Shown piece after piece: positions 30,891 through 41,563 of a DNA stretch of 64,000 bases. Position 1 is the stretch's first letter. The number at the start of each line of letters is the position of its first letter. This stretch comes from Candidatus Poribacteria bacterium (GTDB taxonomy: Bacteria; Poribacteria; WGA-4E; WGA-3G): positions 544,001 to 608,000 of the forward strand of contig CAXXLX010000001.1 of assembly GCA_963665235.2 (NCBI GenBank). Direction: 5' to 3'. The notes beneath the pieces were generated by a model that worked only from the letters and a program-made list of their open reading frames with translations, did not search any database and had not been told where the DNA came from. Both the position numbers and the translations under genes were made by a program.

Positions 30891-32073
30891 GAAACGATGC
30901 GGTTTCACTCCCGATACCTTTAATAGCGATGAGTGTCATATCATCATCATTCGGGATGGCGTTTGCAAATGCGGTGATGGCTTCCGAAACGCGCTGAATA
31001 AACAGCAGCGGGGTGTGCTCAGTACATGTTTCTACGATGTGTTGCAACCGCTCGGTTGTAAAATCTTCGCCTTTCGGATTTTTAATTTCATAGGCACCAT
31101 CGGTATACAGAAGGAGCTGGCTTGAAGTATCGAACGGGTAATCGTGTATTTGATATGTGGAGTCTCTCTCAATACCGAGGCCGTTTCCTGTATTTTTATC
31201 GCCGATTAATTCGCAGGGTGTCTGGATGCCATGTTGTAAGAACGGAAATGGGTGGCCTGCGTTCGCGCAGATGAGCTGCTTTTTCGCGAGGTCGAAGATG
31301 GCACAGAAGGCAGTAGCGAACATAAAAAGACGGGAGCTAATTATATCGCTGAAACGTGTATTTAGCATTTGCATAAGGGCGGCGGGGTTGTCGCCAAGCT
31401 GTGCTCTGTATTCTGTGAGGAGTGTTTTGATAAACACGGTGACAAATGCAGCGGAAACGCCGTGTCCCATGACATCAGAGATAAAAACGCCTATTCGGTT
31501 TTCGTCGATTTCCCATACATCAAAGAAGTCACCCCCGACTGCAAGCGTTGGGCTGCTATGGGATGCGATGCGAAACCCCGCGAGGTCTTGGGTGCCGTTT
31601 TGTGGGATGAGAATTTCTTGCACGCTCCGCGCCATTTTGAGTTCATGTTCTAAGCGTGCGTTATGCTCTGCTAGCGTATCCTGGTAATGTTTAATCCGCA
31701 GGAGCGAGCGGATACGTGCTAACACTTCGAAAGCATCAAACGGTTTTTCTATAAAATCGTCTGCGCCTGCTTCGATGGCTTTAATTCGGTTCTCTTGTGT
31801 ATCGCGCAAGGCGGTTATCATAACAATCGGAATGAATTCTGTCTTTTTATCGGCTCGGACGCGTGCTGCGACCTGAAATCCATCCATTTTGGGCATATTA
31901 ATATCTAGCAAAATGAGGTCGGGGGTTTCGTTAGTGATGACCTCTAGTGCCTCAAATCCATTTTGGGCTGTTAGGATGTTGTATCCTCTCGCTTCGAGCT
32001 GAATCCGGAGGACTCTGATATTAAGGGGTTCATCATCAACGATGAGGATTTTTGCTAAGGCTTCACCCTTCAT
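30868..32073 (-). CDS. Response regulator fused to a SpoIIE/RsbU PP2C phosphatase
   Basis: REC domain plus GGDFFD, DVMGHG, YTDG and DDMT motifs. Confidence 0.9.
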   Translation of the reverse strand: MKGEALAKILIVDDEPLNIRVLRIQLEARGYNILTAQNGFEALEVITNETPDLILLDINMPKMDGFQVAARVRADKKTEFIPIVMITALRDTQENRIKAIEAGADDFIEKPFDAFEVLARIRSLLRIKHYQDTLAEHNARLEHELKMARSVQEILIPQNGTQDLAGFRIASHSSPTLAVGGDFFDVWEIDENRIGVFISDVMGHGVSAAFVTVFIKTLLTEYRAQLGDNPAALMQMLNTRFSDIISSRLFMFATAFCAIFDLAKKQLICANAGHPFPFLQHGIQTPCELIGDKNTGNGLGIERDSTYQIHDYPFDTSSQLLLYTDGAYEIKNPKGEDFTTERLQHIVETCTEHTPLLFIQRVSEAITAFANAIPNDDDMTLIAIKGIGSETASFPNAPDKK

Positions 32074-32449
32074 TTTTATGTCCTTTGAGGGAACGTTCAA
32101 CGCGTTCTACAAGTATTTGGATATCAATCGGCTTGCTCAGATAATCATCACATCCCGCTTTAAGGAATCGTTCCCGGTCGCCTGTCATTGCGGCGGCTGT
32201 TAATGCGATAACTGGAATATTTTTCCAGGCGGGATTGGCTTTAATCTGTCGGGTGAGTGCTTCGCCGCTCTGTCCTGGCAGTGCGATGTCCATTAGGATA
32301 AGCGCGGGAATTTCAGTTTTTAGATGGTCGAGGGCTTCTTCTGCGTCGCTTGCTTCTATGACCTCATACCCGTTGGATTGTAAGACGATGCGAACCACTT
32401 TTCGGTTCAACGCCTGGTCCTCTATGACTAAAATCTGTTGTGATTTCAC
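32063..32449 (-). CDS. Single-domain response regulator
   Basis: IED, MDIALP and SKP motifs. Confidence 0.9.
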   Translation of the reverse strand: MKSQQILVIEDQALNRKVVRIVLQSNGYEVIEASDAEEALDHLKTEIPALILMDIALPGQSGEALTRQIKANPAWKNIPVIALTAAAMTGDRERFLKAGCDDYLSKPIDIQILVERVERSLKGHKNEG

Positions 32450-34719
32450 TGTTTCTGCTTTATTGGAATGCTGATTGAGAAATTACTTCCCTTCCCCTCT
32501 TCGCTAGTGACTCGAATGGCTCCGCCGTGCAATTCAATCAAACGTTGTGTGAGTGCTAATCCGAGGCCGGTGCCGCCGTAGCGTCTTGATTTGGACGTAT
32601 CAATTTGAGTAAAGGGGGCAAAGAGTTTCATCTGGTCCTCTTCAGCTATCCCTATTCCTGTATCAATGACTTGTGCGTGCAGTGCTGTGGGTGTGACCTC
32701 AAGGTGCGTTGTCACTTTGCCGCCTTCTGGTGTAAATTTGATAGCATTTGAAAGTAGATTGTAAAAGATTTGCTTAACCTTGACACGGTCGGCTTCAATA
32801 GTGCTATTTTGCTGGTATTGCAATGTAAGGGTGATGTTCTTTTGAAGAGCGAGGGCCTTTATAATTGCGTTGACCTCCTGAACGGCATCAACAATAGGGA
32901 AAGACTCTAGGTGTAGTACCATTTTGCCGGCTTCGATTTTTGAGAGGTCGAGGATGTCGTTAATCATCTCGAGGAGGTGTTGTCCGCTGACGCGAATGTC
33001 GTTTGCACACTCCTTCTGTTCAGGGTTAAGGGTGCCGACCAGTTCATCTCTGAGAATTTCGGCGAACCCGATGATGGCATTTAAGGGTGTCCGCAATTCG
33101 TGGCTCATGTTTGCAAGAAAATCGCTTTTGGCTCTGCTGGCATATTCTGCGGTTTCCTTTGCATTTTGCATTGCGCGTTGTGCCCTTATCCGTTCGGTGA
33201 TGTCAAGTGCCATGCTAATCACGAGCTGCCTGCCATCTGGCAGTGCGCCGAGTGAGGATGAGCTGAATTCCCATATCTGTTTTTTGCCCGCTTTGGTTAT
33301 AACTACGTATTGTCCTTCAGTAATTCGTTCCTTTGTTTGGTGAACGTGTGCAAGGTATTCCTGAATCTGTTTGCTTTTTTCACTGTTAGCGTGTTCTAAC
33401 CATTTGGAGACCGTTTGCATATCCTCCGGGGTGTAGCCTGTCAGTTCGGTCCAGGTTCGGCTGATGAGTATGACTTCTCCATCTTCAGCGTGAATCATAA
33501 TGGGTAGGGGGGCGTTAAGGACAGCGCGTCGGAGCCGTTCTTCGCTTTTTTGGAGTTGGGTTTCCGCCTGTTTTCGGTCGGTGATGTCTGTTGAGGTTAA
33601 GACAAATCCAACAATCTCATTATCGGGTTTGATGGGTCCGATGCAGGAGGCGTACCAGTTTCCACTGATGCGTCCTTGTATTTCATAACTCGCGGCTCCG
33701 CCTGTTTCAGTGACCTTTTGACATGCCTGCCGAAATCGGTCGTGATGCTCGGGTGTCAAGAAATCAAAGACGCTTTTTCCGATAATATCTTTTATTTGAA
33801 TGTCGACACTTGATGGGAGTCGATTGACGAACGTCAATCGGTGGTTGAGGTCAAGTGTAGCAATAATATCTGGTGCACTTTCAACGAGGGAACGCCATTT
33901 TGCTTCGGAGTCGTGTAAGGCTTGAACTGCGCGATGGTACTCGGTAATATCTCGCGAGATACCGCACGTACCTTTTATACGTCCACTTCTATCCCGGATG
34001 GGGACTTTGGTGGTAGACACCCAGGTGTCTTGTCCATCGGGCCATGTCTCTTTTTCCTGTTTTCCCTCAAGCGGTTTTCCGGTTTCAATAACTGTGCGTT
34101 CGTCTTGGTATGCCTGTTGGGCGTGTTCGCGCGTAAAAAAATCGAAGTCACTTTTTCCAACGGCTTCTGCTGGATTTTGCAGGTTGAATCGCGCTGCTAA
34201 AGACCGGTTGATTCGGATAAACTGACTCTCTATGTCCTTAAAATAAATCTGGTCAGTCGTGTTGTCCATGAGGGTGTGAAGCAGGTTGCTTTCTTGGGTG
34301 TGCGTTTGTGCTAACTGCTGGAACCGTGTTTCACTTTCCCGGATTTTCGTTTCCAATTCCTTTTGCCGCGTGACATCGCGGGCTACAGCGGTATAGGTTG
34401 AATTGTCGGGGCCCACATTCACTACCCAGGCAAGCCATTTATACGTTCCATCTTTGCAAAGATACCGATTCTCGAAAGAGATGGGGCCCCCCATTTCTGT
34501 GCTCAGTTTTTCGAGTTTTGTTAGGGTAGCTTGCCTATCGTCTGGATGGACAAGTTCAAGCCACTGCCGGTTTTGGAGTTCTTCTTGGGTGAAACCGAGG
34601 GTTTGCTCCCAGGCAGGATTGAGCGGTACAAAATCGCCTGCTACCTGAATATAGGCGAACATATCCGAGGCTATCTCAAAAAAAGCGAAATCCTTGAAGG
34701 TTTCATAACCAAAAGACAT
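32446..34719 (-). CDS. Multi-PAS sensor histidine kinase
   Basis: Four PAS/PAC-like domains, MSHELRTPLN H-box, DTGIG and GTGLGL boxes. Confidence 0.93.
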   Translation of the reverse strand: MSFGYETFKDFAFFEIASDMFAYIQVAGDFVPLNPAWEQTLGFTQEELQNRQWLELVHPDDRQATLTKLEKLSTEMGGPISFENRYLCKDGTYKWLAWVVNVGPDNSTYTAVARDVTRQKELETKIRESETRFQQLAQTHTQESNLLHTLMDNTTDQIYFKDIESQFIRINRSLAARFNLQNPAEAVGKSDFDFFTREHAQQAYQDERTVIETGKPLEGKQEKETWPDGQDTWVSTTKVPIRDRSGRIKGTCGISRDITEYHRAVQALHDSEAKWRSLVESAPDIIATLDLNHRLTFVNRLPSSVDIQIKDIIGKSVFDFLTPEHHDRFRQACQKVTETGGAASYEIQGRISGNWYASCIGPIKPDNEIVGFVLTSTDITDRKQAETQLQKSEERLRRAVLNAPLPIMIHAEDGEVILISRTWTELTGYTPEDMQTVSKWLEHANSEKSKQIQEYLAHVHQTKERITEGQYVVITKAGKKQIWEFSSSSLGALPDGRQLVISMALDITERIRAQRAMQNAKETAEYASRAKSDFLANMSHELRTPLNAIIGFAEILRDELVGTLNPEQKECANDIRVSGQHLLEMINDILDLSKIEAGKMVLHLESFPIVDAVQEVNAIIKALALQKNITLTLQYQQNSTIEADRVKVKQIFYNLLSNAIKFTPEGGKVTTHLEVTPTALHAQVIDTGIGIAEEDQMKLFAPFTQIDTSKSRRYGGTGLGLALTQRLIELHGGAIRVTSEEGKGSNFSISIPIKQKQ

Positions 34720-34811
34720 TTGATGTTTCCTTGCGGTTTGATAAGGATATAGGTGAAAAAACGTGCAAACCCATATATCCAGTCCGCCCGATGGTTGGAC
34801 TTACAGACCGA

Positions 34812-35455
34812 AAAAAAGCGGTATAATTGTAGCATAAACTTCCTAGTTTGTGCTACTATGTGGCAACTTGCACGCGAATATGTCAAGTCTTTTCGTCTAC
34901 TTTAAAAAAGCGGTATAATTGTAGCATAAACTTCCTAGTTTGTGCTACTATGTGGCAACTTGCACGCGAATATGTCAAGTCTTTTCGTCTACTTTAAAAA
35001 AGCGGTATAATTGTAGCATAAACTTCCTAGTTTGTGCTACTATGTGGCAACTTGCACGCGAATATGTCAAGTCTTTTCGTCTACTTTAAAAAAGCGGTAT
35101 AATTGTAGCATAAACTTCCTAGTTTGTGCTACTATGTGGCAACTTGCACGCGAATATGTCAAGTCTTTTCGTCTACTTTAAAAAAGCGGTATAATTGTAG
35201 CATAAACTTCCTAGTTTGTGCTACTATGTGGCAACTTGCACGCGAATATGTCAAGTCTTTTCGTCTACTTTAAAAAAGCGGTATAATTGTAGCATAAACT
35301 TCCTAGTTTGTGCTACTATGTGGCAACTTGCACGCGAATATGTCAAGTCTTTTCGTCTACTTTAAAAAAGCGGTATAATTGTAGCATAAACTTCCTAGTT
35401 TGTGCTACTATGTGGCAACTTGCACGCGAATATGTCAAGTCTTTTCGTCTACTTT
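34812..35455. repeat. Seven identical 92-bp tandem repeats
   Basis: GCGGTATAAT recurs at 34818, 34910, 35002, 35094, 35186, 35278 and 35370. Confidence 0.95.
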
Positions 35456-36210
35456 GTTACTAGAACGGCTCTATTTGCAAGTTTGACGACAGCCTGCGTG
35501 GTACTTTGGAAAACCATCTTATATAATTTTCCGTGATTGCTTGCACTGAGTGCGATTAGGTCACAATCATTCGCTTCAGCATTTTCCAAGATATTGGTTA
35601 CGTTAAAACCGGACGCGGTGAGAAATTCAGATGGTATCTCGTAGTATTTGAGATAATTTTTCATCTGTTGCTCAATCGCGTTCGCTTCCTGTCGTGTATT
35701 GGAAAGTGCAAGGCCGCATATTTCCGATTTTGTCCGTTCTGCAATTTCAGCAGTGAGGGTGAGGACGCTGTCAGAATAAAGGTCGCCGTGATGGACTACC
35801 AAAATTTTCCGTAATAGCTTGCACTGTTGATGTACAATAAGAATAGGTTTGGTAATATTTGCAAGGATATGGTCGATGTGGTTCTGAATAAGCTTCAGCT
35901 CTTGTGTTTCTGTTTTTTCCGGAAATCCAACGACGACTAAATCAGCGGTACGTGCTTTTTGGCAGAGCAGCTGTTGGGGATTTCCGGTGAGCGTCTCGAC
36001 GTGATAATCCAAGAAGTCATAAAGCGCGCACTCTTCTCGGGTGCGCTGCATCACTGCTTCAGCAACATCGGCATTTCCACCGTGCTGGCTGTCCTGAAAA
36101 AACACACAAGAGAGATGTGTTCCTAAAAGGACCGCAAGTTGGCCTGCGTAATAAAAGGCACTTTTCTTATAATCGGTATCGCCTATAGAAACAAGAATGT
36201 TTTTTATCAT
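35449..36210 (-). CDS. Universal stress protein (tandem USP domains)
   Basis: MIKNILV start, ADLVVVG, and C-terminal STTQAVVKLANRAVLV. Confidence 0.8.
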   Translation of the reverse strand: MIKNILVSIGDTDYKKSAFYYAGQLAVLLGTHLSCVFFQDSQHGGNADVAEAVMQRTREECALYDFLDYHVETLTGNPQQLLCQKARTADLVVVGFPEKTETQELKLIQNHIDHILANITKPILIVHQQCKLLRKILVVHHGDLYSDSVLTLTAEIAERTKSEICGLALSNTRQEANAIEQQMKNYLKYYEIPSEFLTASGFNVTNILENAEANDCDLIALSASNHGKLYKMVFQSTTQAVVKLANRAVLVTK

Positions 36211-36451
36211 TCGGATACTCTCCAGTGAAAATTACCGCGTATTGGCTCATGTAAAGAACAAGTGCATAAGAAAATTTAACCCTTGTGGCCATTGCGTTTA
36301 TTAGAACGATCGCACACATCTTTAACATGAGCCAGTTTCTGAAGCGGGTGATGAGTTTCGCTAGGACAATCGCAGCATTAAAAATAGATGCATCGGGCTG
36401 GACAATCGTAGCGAGCGATTGCCCAAATTGCGGTCGGTTTTGCCGAAATTC

Positions 36452-36799
36452 TTATTTCTCGCTTCCCAGCCCGGCAACTGCTTCGTCTTCAGTATCGTAA
36501 TGTTCAAAAATACTGACAAGCCGACTGCGCACAATCAGGTTTTTGATATTTTTTCCGACGTTGATGACACCAATTCTGCCATCCTGCCGGGTGGCTTTAA
36601 CATGCGCTCCCATCAGGGTTCCAAGTCCTGAGCTGTCCATCATATTGACCTTCTCGAAGTTAATCAGGAGCCTCGGCGAATCGGCAGTATCTATCTGTGC
36701 GTCAAGCGCGTCACGCAAATCGACTACTGCAGCTCCCATAATTTTACCGGTGGGTTCCAAAATTGTAACCCCCTCTCTAGTTCGAACTGTTGTTGGCAT
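36452..36799 (-). CDS. STAS-domain anti-sigma factor antagonist
   Basis: MDSSGLGTL phosphorylation motif. Confidence 0.9.
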   Translation of the reverse strand: MPTTVRTREGVTILEPTGKIMGAAVVDLRDALDAQIDTADSPRLLINFEKVNMMDSSGLGTLMGAHVKATRQDGRIGVINVGKNIKNLIVRSRLVSIFEHYDTEDEAVAGLGSEK

Positions 36800-36834
36800 C
36801 GTTTCCTCCTCTTTACTCTTTAATTTGCTTTTAC

Positions 36835-36987
36835 AACGTGAGCTTGATAATAAATATCCGTTTGCTCTAAACCTTTTTCACCGCGAAAAAAGCAGCATAA
36901 TTGTAGCACATACTTCCTAGTTTGTGCAGTTTTTTGCTAAAACTACCAGAGAACGCTCTAGGTCAAAACTTTTTTCAAACTCGCGTT
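36835..36987 (+). mobile_element. MITE family A copy 3
   Basis: Same TIRs as copy 1; TSD TTTAC. Confidence 0.9.
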
Positions 36988-37145
36988 TTTACACAAAAAT
37001 TAACCTAACACTTTTTAAATTATATACAATTTTGGATTAATTGTCAAGAGAAAAATTAAAAAGCACCGGGAAATTTCGCTTGTATTTATTTAAAAATTCG
37101 ATTATACTTAAAAAAATTGAACTTGGATTACTTTAGTGTCTAACG

Positions 37146-37228
37146 GACTTACGCAAATACGTGCCAGATTGTAGGAAGATGGCTTTAGACTTTCTGATAG
37201 CGCGGAGTTGGAATAATTGCGTGAGTTC
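37146..37228. mobile_element. Small putative MITE with GRACTYACGCAA inverted ends
   Basis: GGACTTACGCAA...TTGCGTGAGTTC; similar half-sites at ~26770 and ~39316. Confidence 0.45.
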
Positions 37229-37264
37229 TGATACAAAAACTTCAGATTAATAGAAAGGAACACA

Positions 37265-38026
37265 ATGTCCGACTACAGCATTGACCCGACCCGTTTACGT
37301 ATCAAAGACCTACCGAAGGATGAACGGCCTCGGGAACGACTTTACAAACACGGGCCTGCACAATTGAAAACATCCGAGCTGCTCGCGATAATTCTCAAAA
37401 GCGGTTTCCAAGGCACCACCGCACTCCAACTTGGTGAACAAATCCTGACCGCCTACGATAATGACCTGAAACGGATGGCAGATAACCGAGCGAAGCAATT
37501 TGAATCGATTAAAGGGGTGGGTGAGGCGAAAGCTTCACAAATCGTCGCCGCTTTTGAATTAGGCAGACGACTCGCACGTTCACATGCTGAACGCGTTAAG
37601 ATTACTTCTCCTACGGATGTCGCTGATTTGATGATGCCGTTGATGCGAGACCTTCGAAAAGAGGTTGTTTGTGTCATGTGCCTCGACACTAAAGGCGGGG
37701 TGACGACACAGGGAATCGCAGGAGACGAGGATAATGAGATCCACTGGGGGAAAAAACTTATCGCCGAAGAGAAGGTATTTGAAGGAACCTTAAACGCAAG
37801 CGTTTTCCATCCGCGTGAAATCTTTCGGTTTGCCATTGAAGAATCGGCAAATTCTATCGTGCTTGCACATAATCACCCCTCCGGTGACCCGCAACCGAGC
37901 CAGGAGGATATCCGAGCGACGAAACAGCTGATTGAGGCGGGGAACTACGTCGGTATTAAGGTGCTAGACCATATTATTATCGGCGACGGCATCTTTTATA
38001 GCCTAAAAGAGGAGGGGGTTATCTAA
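37265..38026 (+). CDS. radC: RadC family JAB-domain protein
   Basis: ERPRERL, HPRE, HNHPSGDPQPSQED and LDHIIIG motifs. Confidence 0.92.
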   Translation: MSDYSIDPTRLRIKDLPKDERPRERLYKHGPAQLKTSELLAIILKSGFQGTTALQLGEQILTAYDNDLKRMADNRAKQFESIKGVGEAKASQIVAAFELGRRLARSHAERVKITSPTDVADLMMPLMRDLRKEVVCVMCLDTKGGVTTQGIAGDEDNEIHWGKKLIAEEKVFEGTLNASVFHPREIFRFAIEESANSIVLAHNHPSGDPQPSQEDIRATKQLIEAGNYVGIKVLDHIIIGDGIFYSLKEEGVI

Positions 38027-38690
38027 CCCTGCTGTCCACTACTGTTTGGCAGAATCAAACAGATTACCGCAACATAGACAGATGCTCCCGCTTATCCGGG
38101 GTAGACACGCCTGAACTGTATAAGAAAAATCGCTGTGTTTGTCCACCAAACGCCTTATATTGCAGCACCGCAGCGATATAAGGGGTATCTCAAAACATGG
38201 AGGATTCACGATGCATAGAAAATGGAATTGGGGAGTTGTTATCTTATTAACGGCCACTGTTTTCCTACTGACACAGTGTAACACCAACATAACACCGGAA
38301 GTTGCTTTTGAGCCACCGGAAGTCACGGAAAAAATTAAGGATGCCGCCAAACCGCCACCCCCCGGCGAAACCGAAACGAGCGGATTTTGGCATGGCGACC
38401 ATTGGTATAAAACAAAACCGCCTCCACTTCAAGGAAAAAAACTATCGCATATCACCGAAAAACCGGATATTACCGAAGAGGAGTTTTATGCAAGCTTTGG
38501 ACTTGTACCACCCCCTGAAGGCTTCTACTATCGCGTGCACGCTGATAATACCCCGGTATTAGACGAAAACGGCAAACCTCGTCTGTTCACCTACTATGAA
38601 CCTATCTTTGTCTTGCATTGATTTTGCCCCCACGCCCAAACAGTATGCACATTATCAAAAATTGGTGAGTGAGCTAGAGGCTGCATATAA

Positions 38691-39053
38691 TACCATTTCT
38701 AATTGGAAATGCATAAACTTCCTGCACTTTATTGTAGCATAAACTTCCAGTTTGTGCACTTTATTGTAGCATAAACTTCCAGTTTGTGCACTTTATTGTA
38801 GCATAAACTTCCAGTTTGTGCACTTTATTGTAGCATAAACTTCCAGTTTGTTCTTTATTGTAGCATAAACTTCCAGTTTGTGCACTTTATTTTCCAGTTT
38901 GTGCACTTTATTGTAGCATAAACTTCCAGTTTGTGCACTTTATTGTAGCATAAACTTCCAGTTTGTGAGCATCATAAACTTCCAGTTTGTGTCTTCCGTT
39001 CTCCGTTTGATTTCTAACAACCGGTAATGATAGAATAATTAATAAAAATGGTA
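38691..39053. mobile_element. MITE family B carrying a REP array
   Basis: TIR TACCATTTYTA; 3-bp TSD TAA. Confidence 0.8.
38710..38991 (+). repeat. 32-bp tandem REP array (GTAGCATAAACTTCCAGTTTGTGC)
   Basis: About 9 full or degenerate copies, each GTAG plus a hairpin. Confidence 0.9.
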
Positions 39054-39369
39054 TAAGAACAAGGATAACGCGGAATACGCACGTATTACCGCTAAAATTG
39101 ATGCATTCAAAGCATCAGCGCAAGGTGAAATCCCTGATTTTACATATACCGCTGCAACCCCAACCTCTGTGTATGAAACAGAGGCGTACCAAAATGAAAT
39201 AAGCCGTAGAGCCAAAGAAATGCGCGCCAAACTATACGAAGAATGGGGACTAGGACACTTACCCGCCTACTAACTATGAAACTCCAGATTTATTTGCAAA
39301 AGGTGCTATCACGTCAGGAATTACGCAAATTTAGCACACAGGGACAGATGTAGAACGTTCCGTGACAAA

Positions 39370-39609
39370 TTAACCCCCCCGGACGAACTTCACATCCGGC
39401 CCACGGGGGGTAATTTTAATATCGGGGTCATCAACCTGACATTGGACGCAGGTGATGGGACCGACATTTGCTGTTTCCATCCGCGGGGCGAGTTTTCCGA
39501 GTTTAAAGGCGAATCGCAACATATCATCTGCGGAGATTGTGTTGTCGCAGTTATTGCAGGGTACGCCTTCGCCTGCTTTCAGTTGGTCTAAAAGTTCTGA
39601 TGCTTTCAT
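39370..39609 (-). CDS. Small CxxC...CxxC putative zinc-binding protein
   Basis: GGAG RBS; CNNC and CVQC motifs; follows iolD. Confidence 0.65.
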   Translation of the reverse strand: MKASELLDQLKAGEGVPCNNCDNTISADDMLRFAFKLGKLAPRMETANVGPITCVQCQVDDPDIKITPRGPDVKFVRGG

Positions 39610-39688
39610 GAGATTGAGACTCCTTTGATAGTTTATGATGTTGGCGAGAGGTTTCAGGTTGCCCAATTCCGTAGGCATACCCATCTTC

Positions 39689-41554
39689 TTAAAGGAAGTA
39701 CCGCTCTTTCCGTTTCGCTTCCTGATAGTCTTGATACGCCTGCTTCGCTGTGTCTGTTTCTGACACCTCTGCAACTGGCACATCCCACCACGATTCATAT
39801 TGGGGGACATGTCCATCAAAATCCACGTCAATTTTGACGACCGTTGTCTGTGTAGACTCTCGGGCTGCCTGAAGGGCAACCTTTAAGCTCTGTGGGGTTG
39901 TCGCTTCAATGACGTTAGCGCCGAGGCTTTCCGCGTTCGCTGCAAGGTCGACCGGTAGGAGGTCGCCGCTGAGCTCTCCTGTGTTTTTGTCCCGATATCG
40001 GAATCGGGTGGCGAACCCTTGTGCACCGCTTGCCTTTGATAATCCGCCGATGCTGCTGTGTCCATCGTTATTGATAAGCACAATAATCAACTTAAAGTTT
40101 TCCTGAATAGCCGTGATAATTTCCTGTGCCAGCATGAGATATGAGCCGTCCCCGACGAGTACATACACGTCGCGTGTCGGGTCAGCCATTTTTATGCCTA
40201 AGCCGCCTGCGATTTCGTAACCCATGCAGGAGTATCCGTATTCGAGATGGTACTGTTTTGGGTTGCGTGTCCGCCACAGTTTGTGGAGGTCGCCGGGCAA
40301 ACTTCCTGCAGCACAAACGACAACATCTTCCGGGTGCGAAAATTCATTAACAACGCCAATAACCTCACTCTGACTGGGCAGCGGTTTGTGGTCGAGGTGA
40401 TAGAGCCTGTCCACTTCGGCTTCCCAGGCTTCACGGAAATTTTCGATGCGCGTTGCATACTCGGCATCAATTCGGTATGTTTCAACGGCGGCGGTAAGTT
40501 CAGTAAGCGTGACGCGAGCGTCAGCGACTAACGGCAAGGCGGCGTGTTTTGCGGCATCGAATTCGGCAATATTGATAGTGATAAACCGGACCTCCGGATT
40601 TTGGAAGGCGGTTTTAGATGCAGTGGTGAAATCGCTCAGCCGTGTGCCGATAGCAATGACGAGGTCAGCTTCGCGTGCGGCGATATTTGCACCGGGCGTG
40701 CCTGTAGCCCCAATCGCGCCCAGGTTCTGTGGATGGTCATATCGGAGCGACCCCTTGCCAGCAAAGGTTTCACCGACAGGAATACCGGTTTGCGATGCAA
40801 ACTGTGCCAACTGCTCCGTTGCCTCACTATAGATAGTGCCACCCCCAGTGATGATTAACGGCCGTTTACTTGCAGCTATCCATTCGGCAGCCCGTTTCAA
40901 TAAATTCCTATCCGCACGCGGTCTTGGAACGGTATACACCCGTTTTTCAAAAAGCTCTATAGGGTAGGGGTATGCCTCTGCTTGTACATCTTGAGGCAAT
41001 GCTATTGTCACTGTGCCTGTTTCTGCTTGAGAGGTGAGTACGCGCATCGCCTCCGGCAGTGCGGTGATTATCTGCTCCGGGCGATTGATGCGGTCCCAAT
41101 ATCGGGAAATCGGTTTGAAGCAATCGTTGACCGAAATGTCTTGTGAGCTGGGGGATTCTAATTGCTGCAAAACGGGGGCGACCAGACGCGTTGAAAAAAT
41201 ATCACCCGGCAATAGCAGCACCGGCAGTCGATTAATAGTTGCCCCTGCCGCTCCGGTAATCATGTTGGTTGCTCCCGGTCCGATAGAGGTAGTGCAGGCA
41301 AAGGTGCGGAGGCGGTTATTCATCTTTGCATAAGCCGCAGCGGTATGCACCATCGCTTGTTCATTGCGCGTCTGATAAAACCGGAATGTGTCCGAGTATT
41401 GATGCAGTGCCTGTCCGATACCTGCCACGTTTCCGTGTCCGAAGATGCCGAACATGCCAGCAAAAAACGCTGTCTCTTTCCCGTCACGTTCGACGTATTG
41501 CTGCTTCAGAAATTGAACGACTGCTTGTCCCATCGTGAGTTTTTGCGTATTCAT
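39689..41554 (-). CDS. iolD: 3D-(3,5/4)-trihydroxycyclohexane-1,2-dione acylhydrolase
   Basis: GIFGHGNVAG, LEYGYSCMGYE, TPP motif GDGS, and WWDVPV. Confidence 0.95.
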   Translation of the reverse strand: MNTQKLTMGQAVVQFLKQQYVERDGKETAFFAGMFGIFGHGNVAGIGQALHQYSDTFRFYQTRNEQAMVHTAAAYAKMNNRLRTFACTTSIGPGATNMITGAAGATINRLPVLLLPGDIFSTRLVAPVLQQLESPSSQDISVNDCFKPISRYWDRINRPEQIITALPEAMRVLTSQAETGTVTIALPQDVQAEAYPYPIELFEKRVYTVPRPRADRNLLKRAAEWIAASKRPLIITGGGTIYSEATEQLAQFASQTGIPVGETFAGKGSLRYDHPQNLGAIGATGTPGANIAAREADLVIAIGTRLSDFTTASKTAFQNPEVRFITINIAEFDAAKHAALPLVADARVTLTELTAAVETYRIDAEYATRIENFREAWEAEVDRLYHLDHKPLPSQSEVIGVVNEFSHPEDVVVCAAGSLPGDLHKLWRTRNPKQYHLEYGYSCMGYEIAGGLGIKMADPTRDVYVLVGDGSYLMLAQEIITAIQENFKLIIVLINNDGHSSIGGLSKASGAQGFATRFRYRDKNTGELSGDLLPVDLAANAESLGANVIEATTPQSLKVALQAARESTQTTVVKIDVDFDGHVPQYESWWDVPVAEVSETDTAKQAYQDYQEAKRKERYFL

Positions 41555-41563
41555 TTTTCTCTC

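Larger units (their letters stand above)
38211..39273 (+). pseudogene. Secreted/lipoprotein gene broken by a frameshift and a MITE
   Basis: Signal-like N-terminus; frameshift near 38620. Removing 38691-39056 restores ...EAAY-K-NKDNAEYARI...WGLGHLPAY stop. Confidence 0.7.

Noticed and set aside
34812-35455. CRISPR array or sigma54 promoter array
   Set aside because: The units are identical with no spacers, and TGGCAACTTGCA has too short a GG-to-GC spacing for -24/-12.
38619-38621. TGA as a second selenocysteine codon
   Set aside because: The plausible protein continues in a different frame and there is no redox motif, so this is a frameshift.
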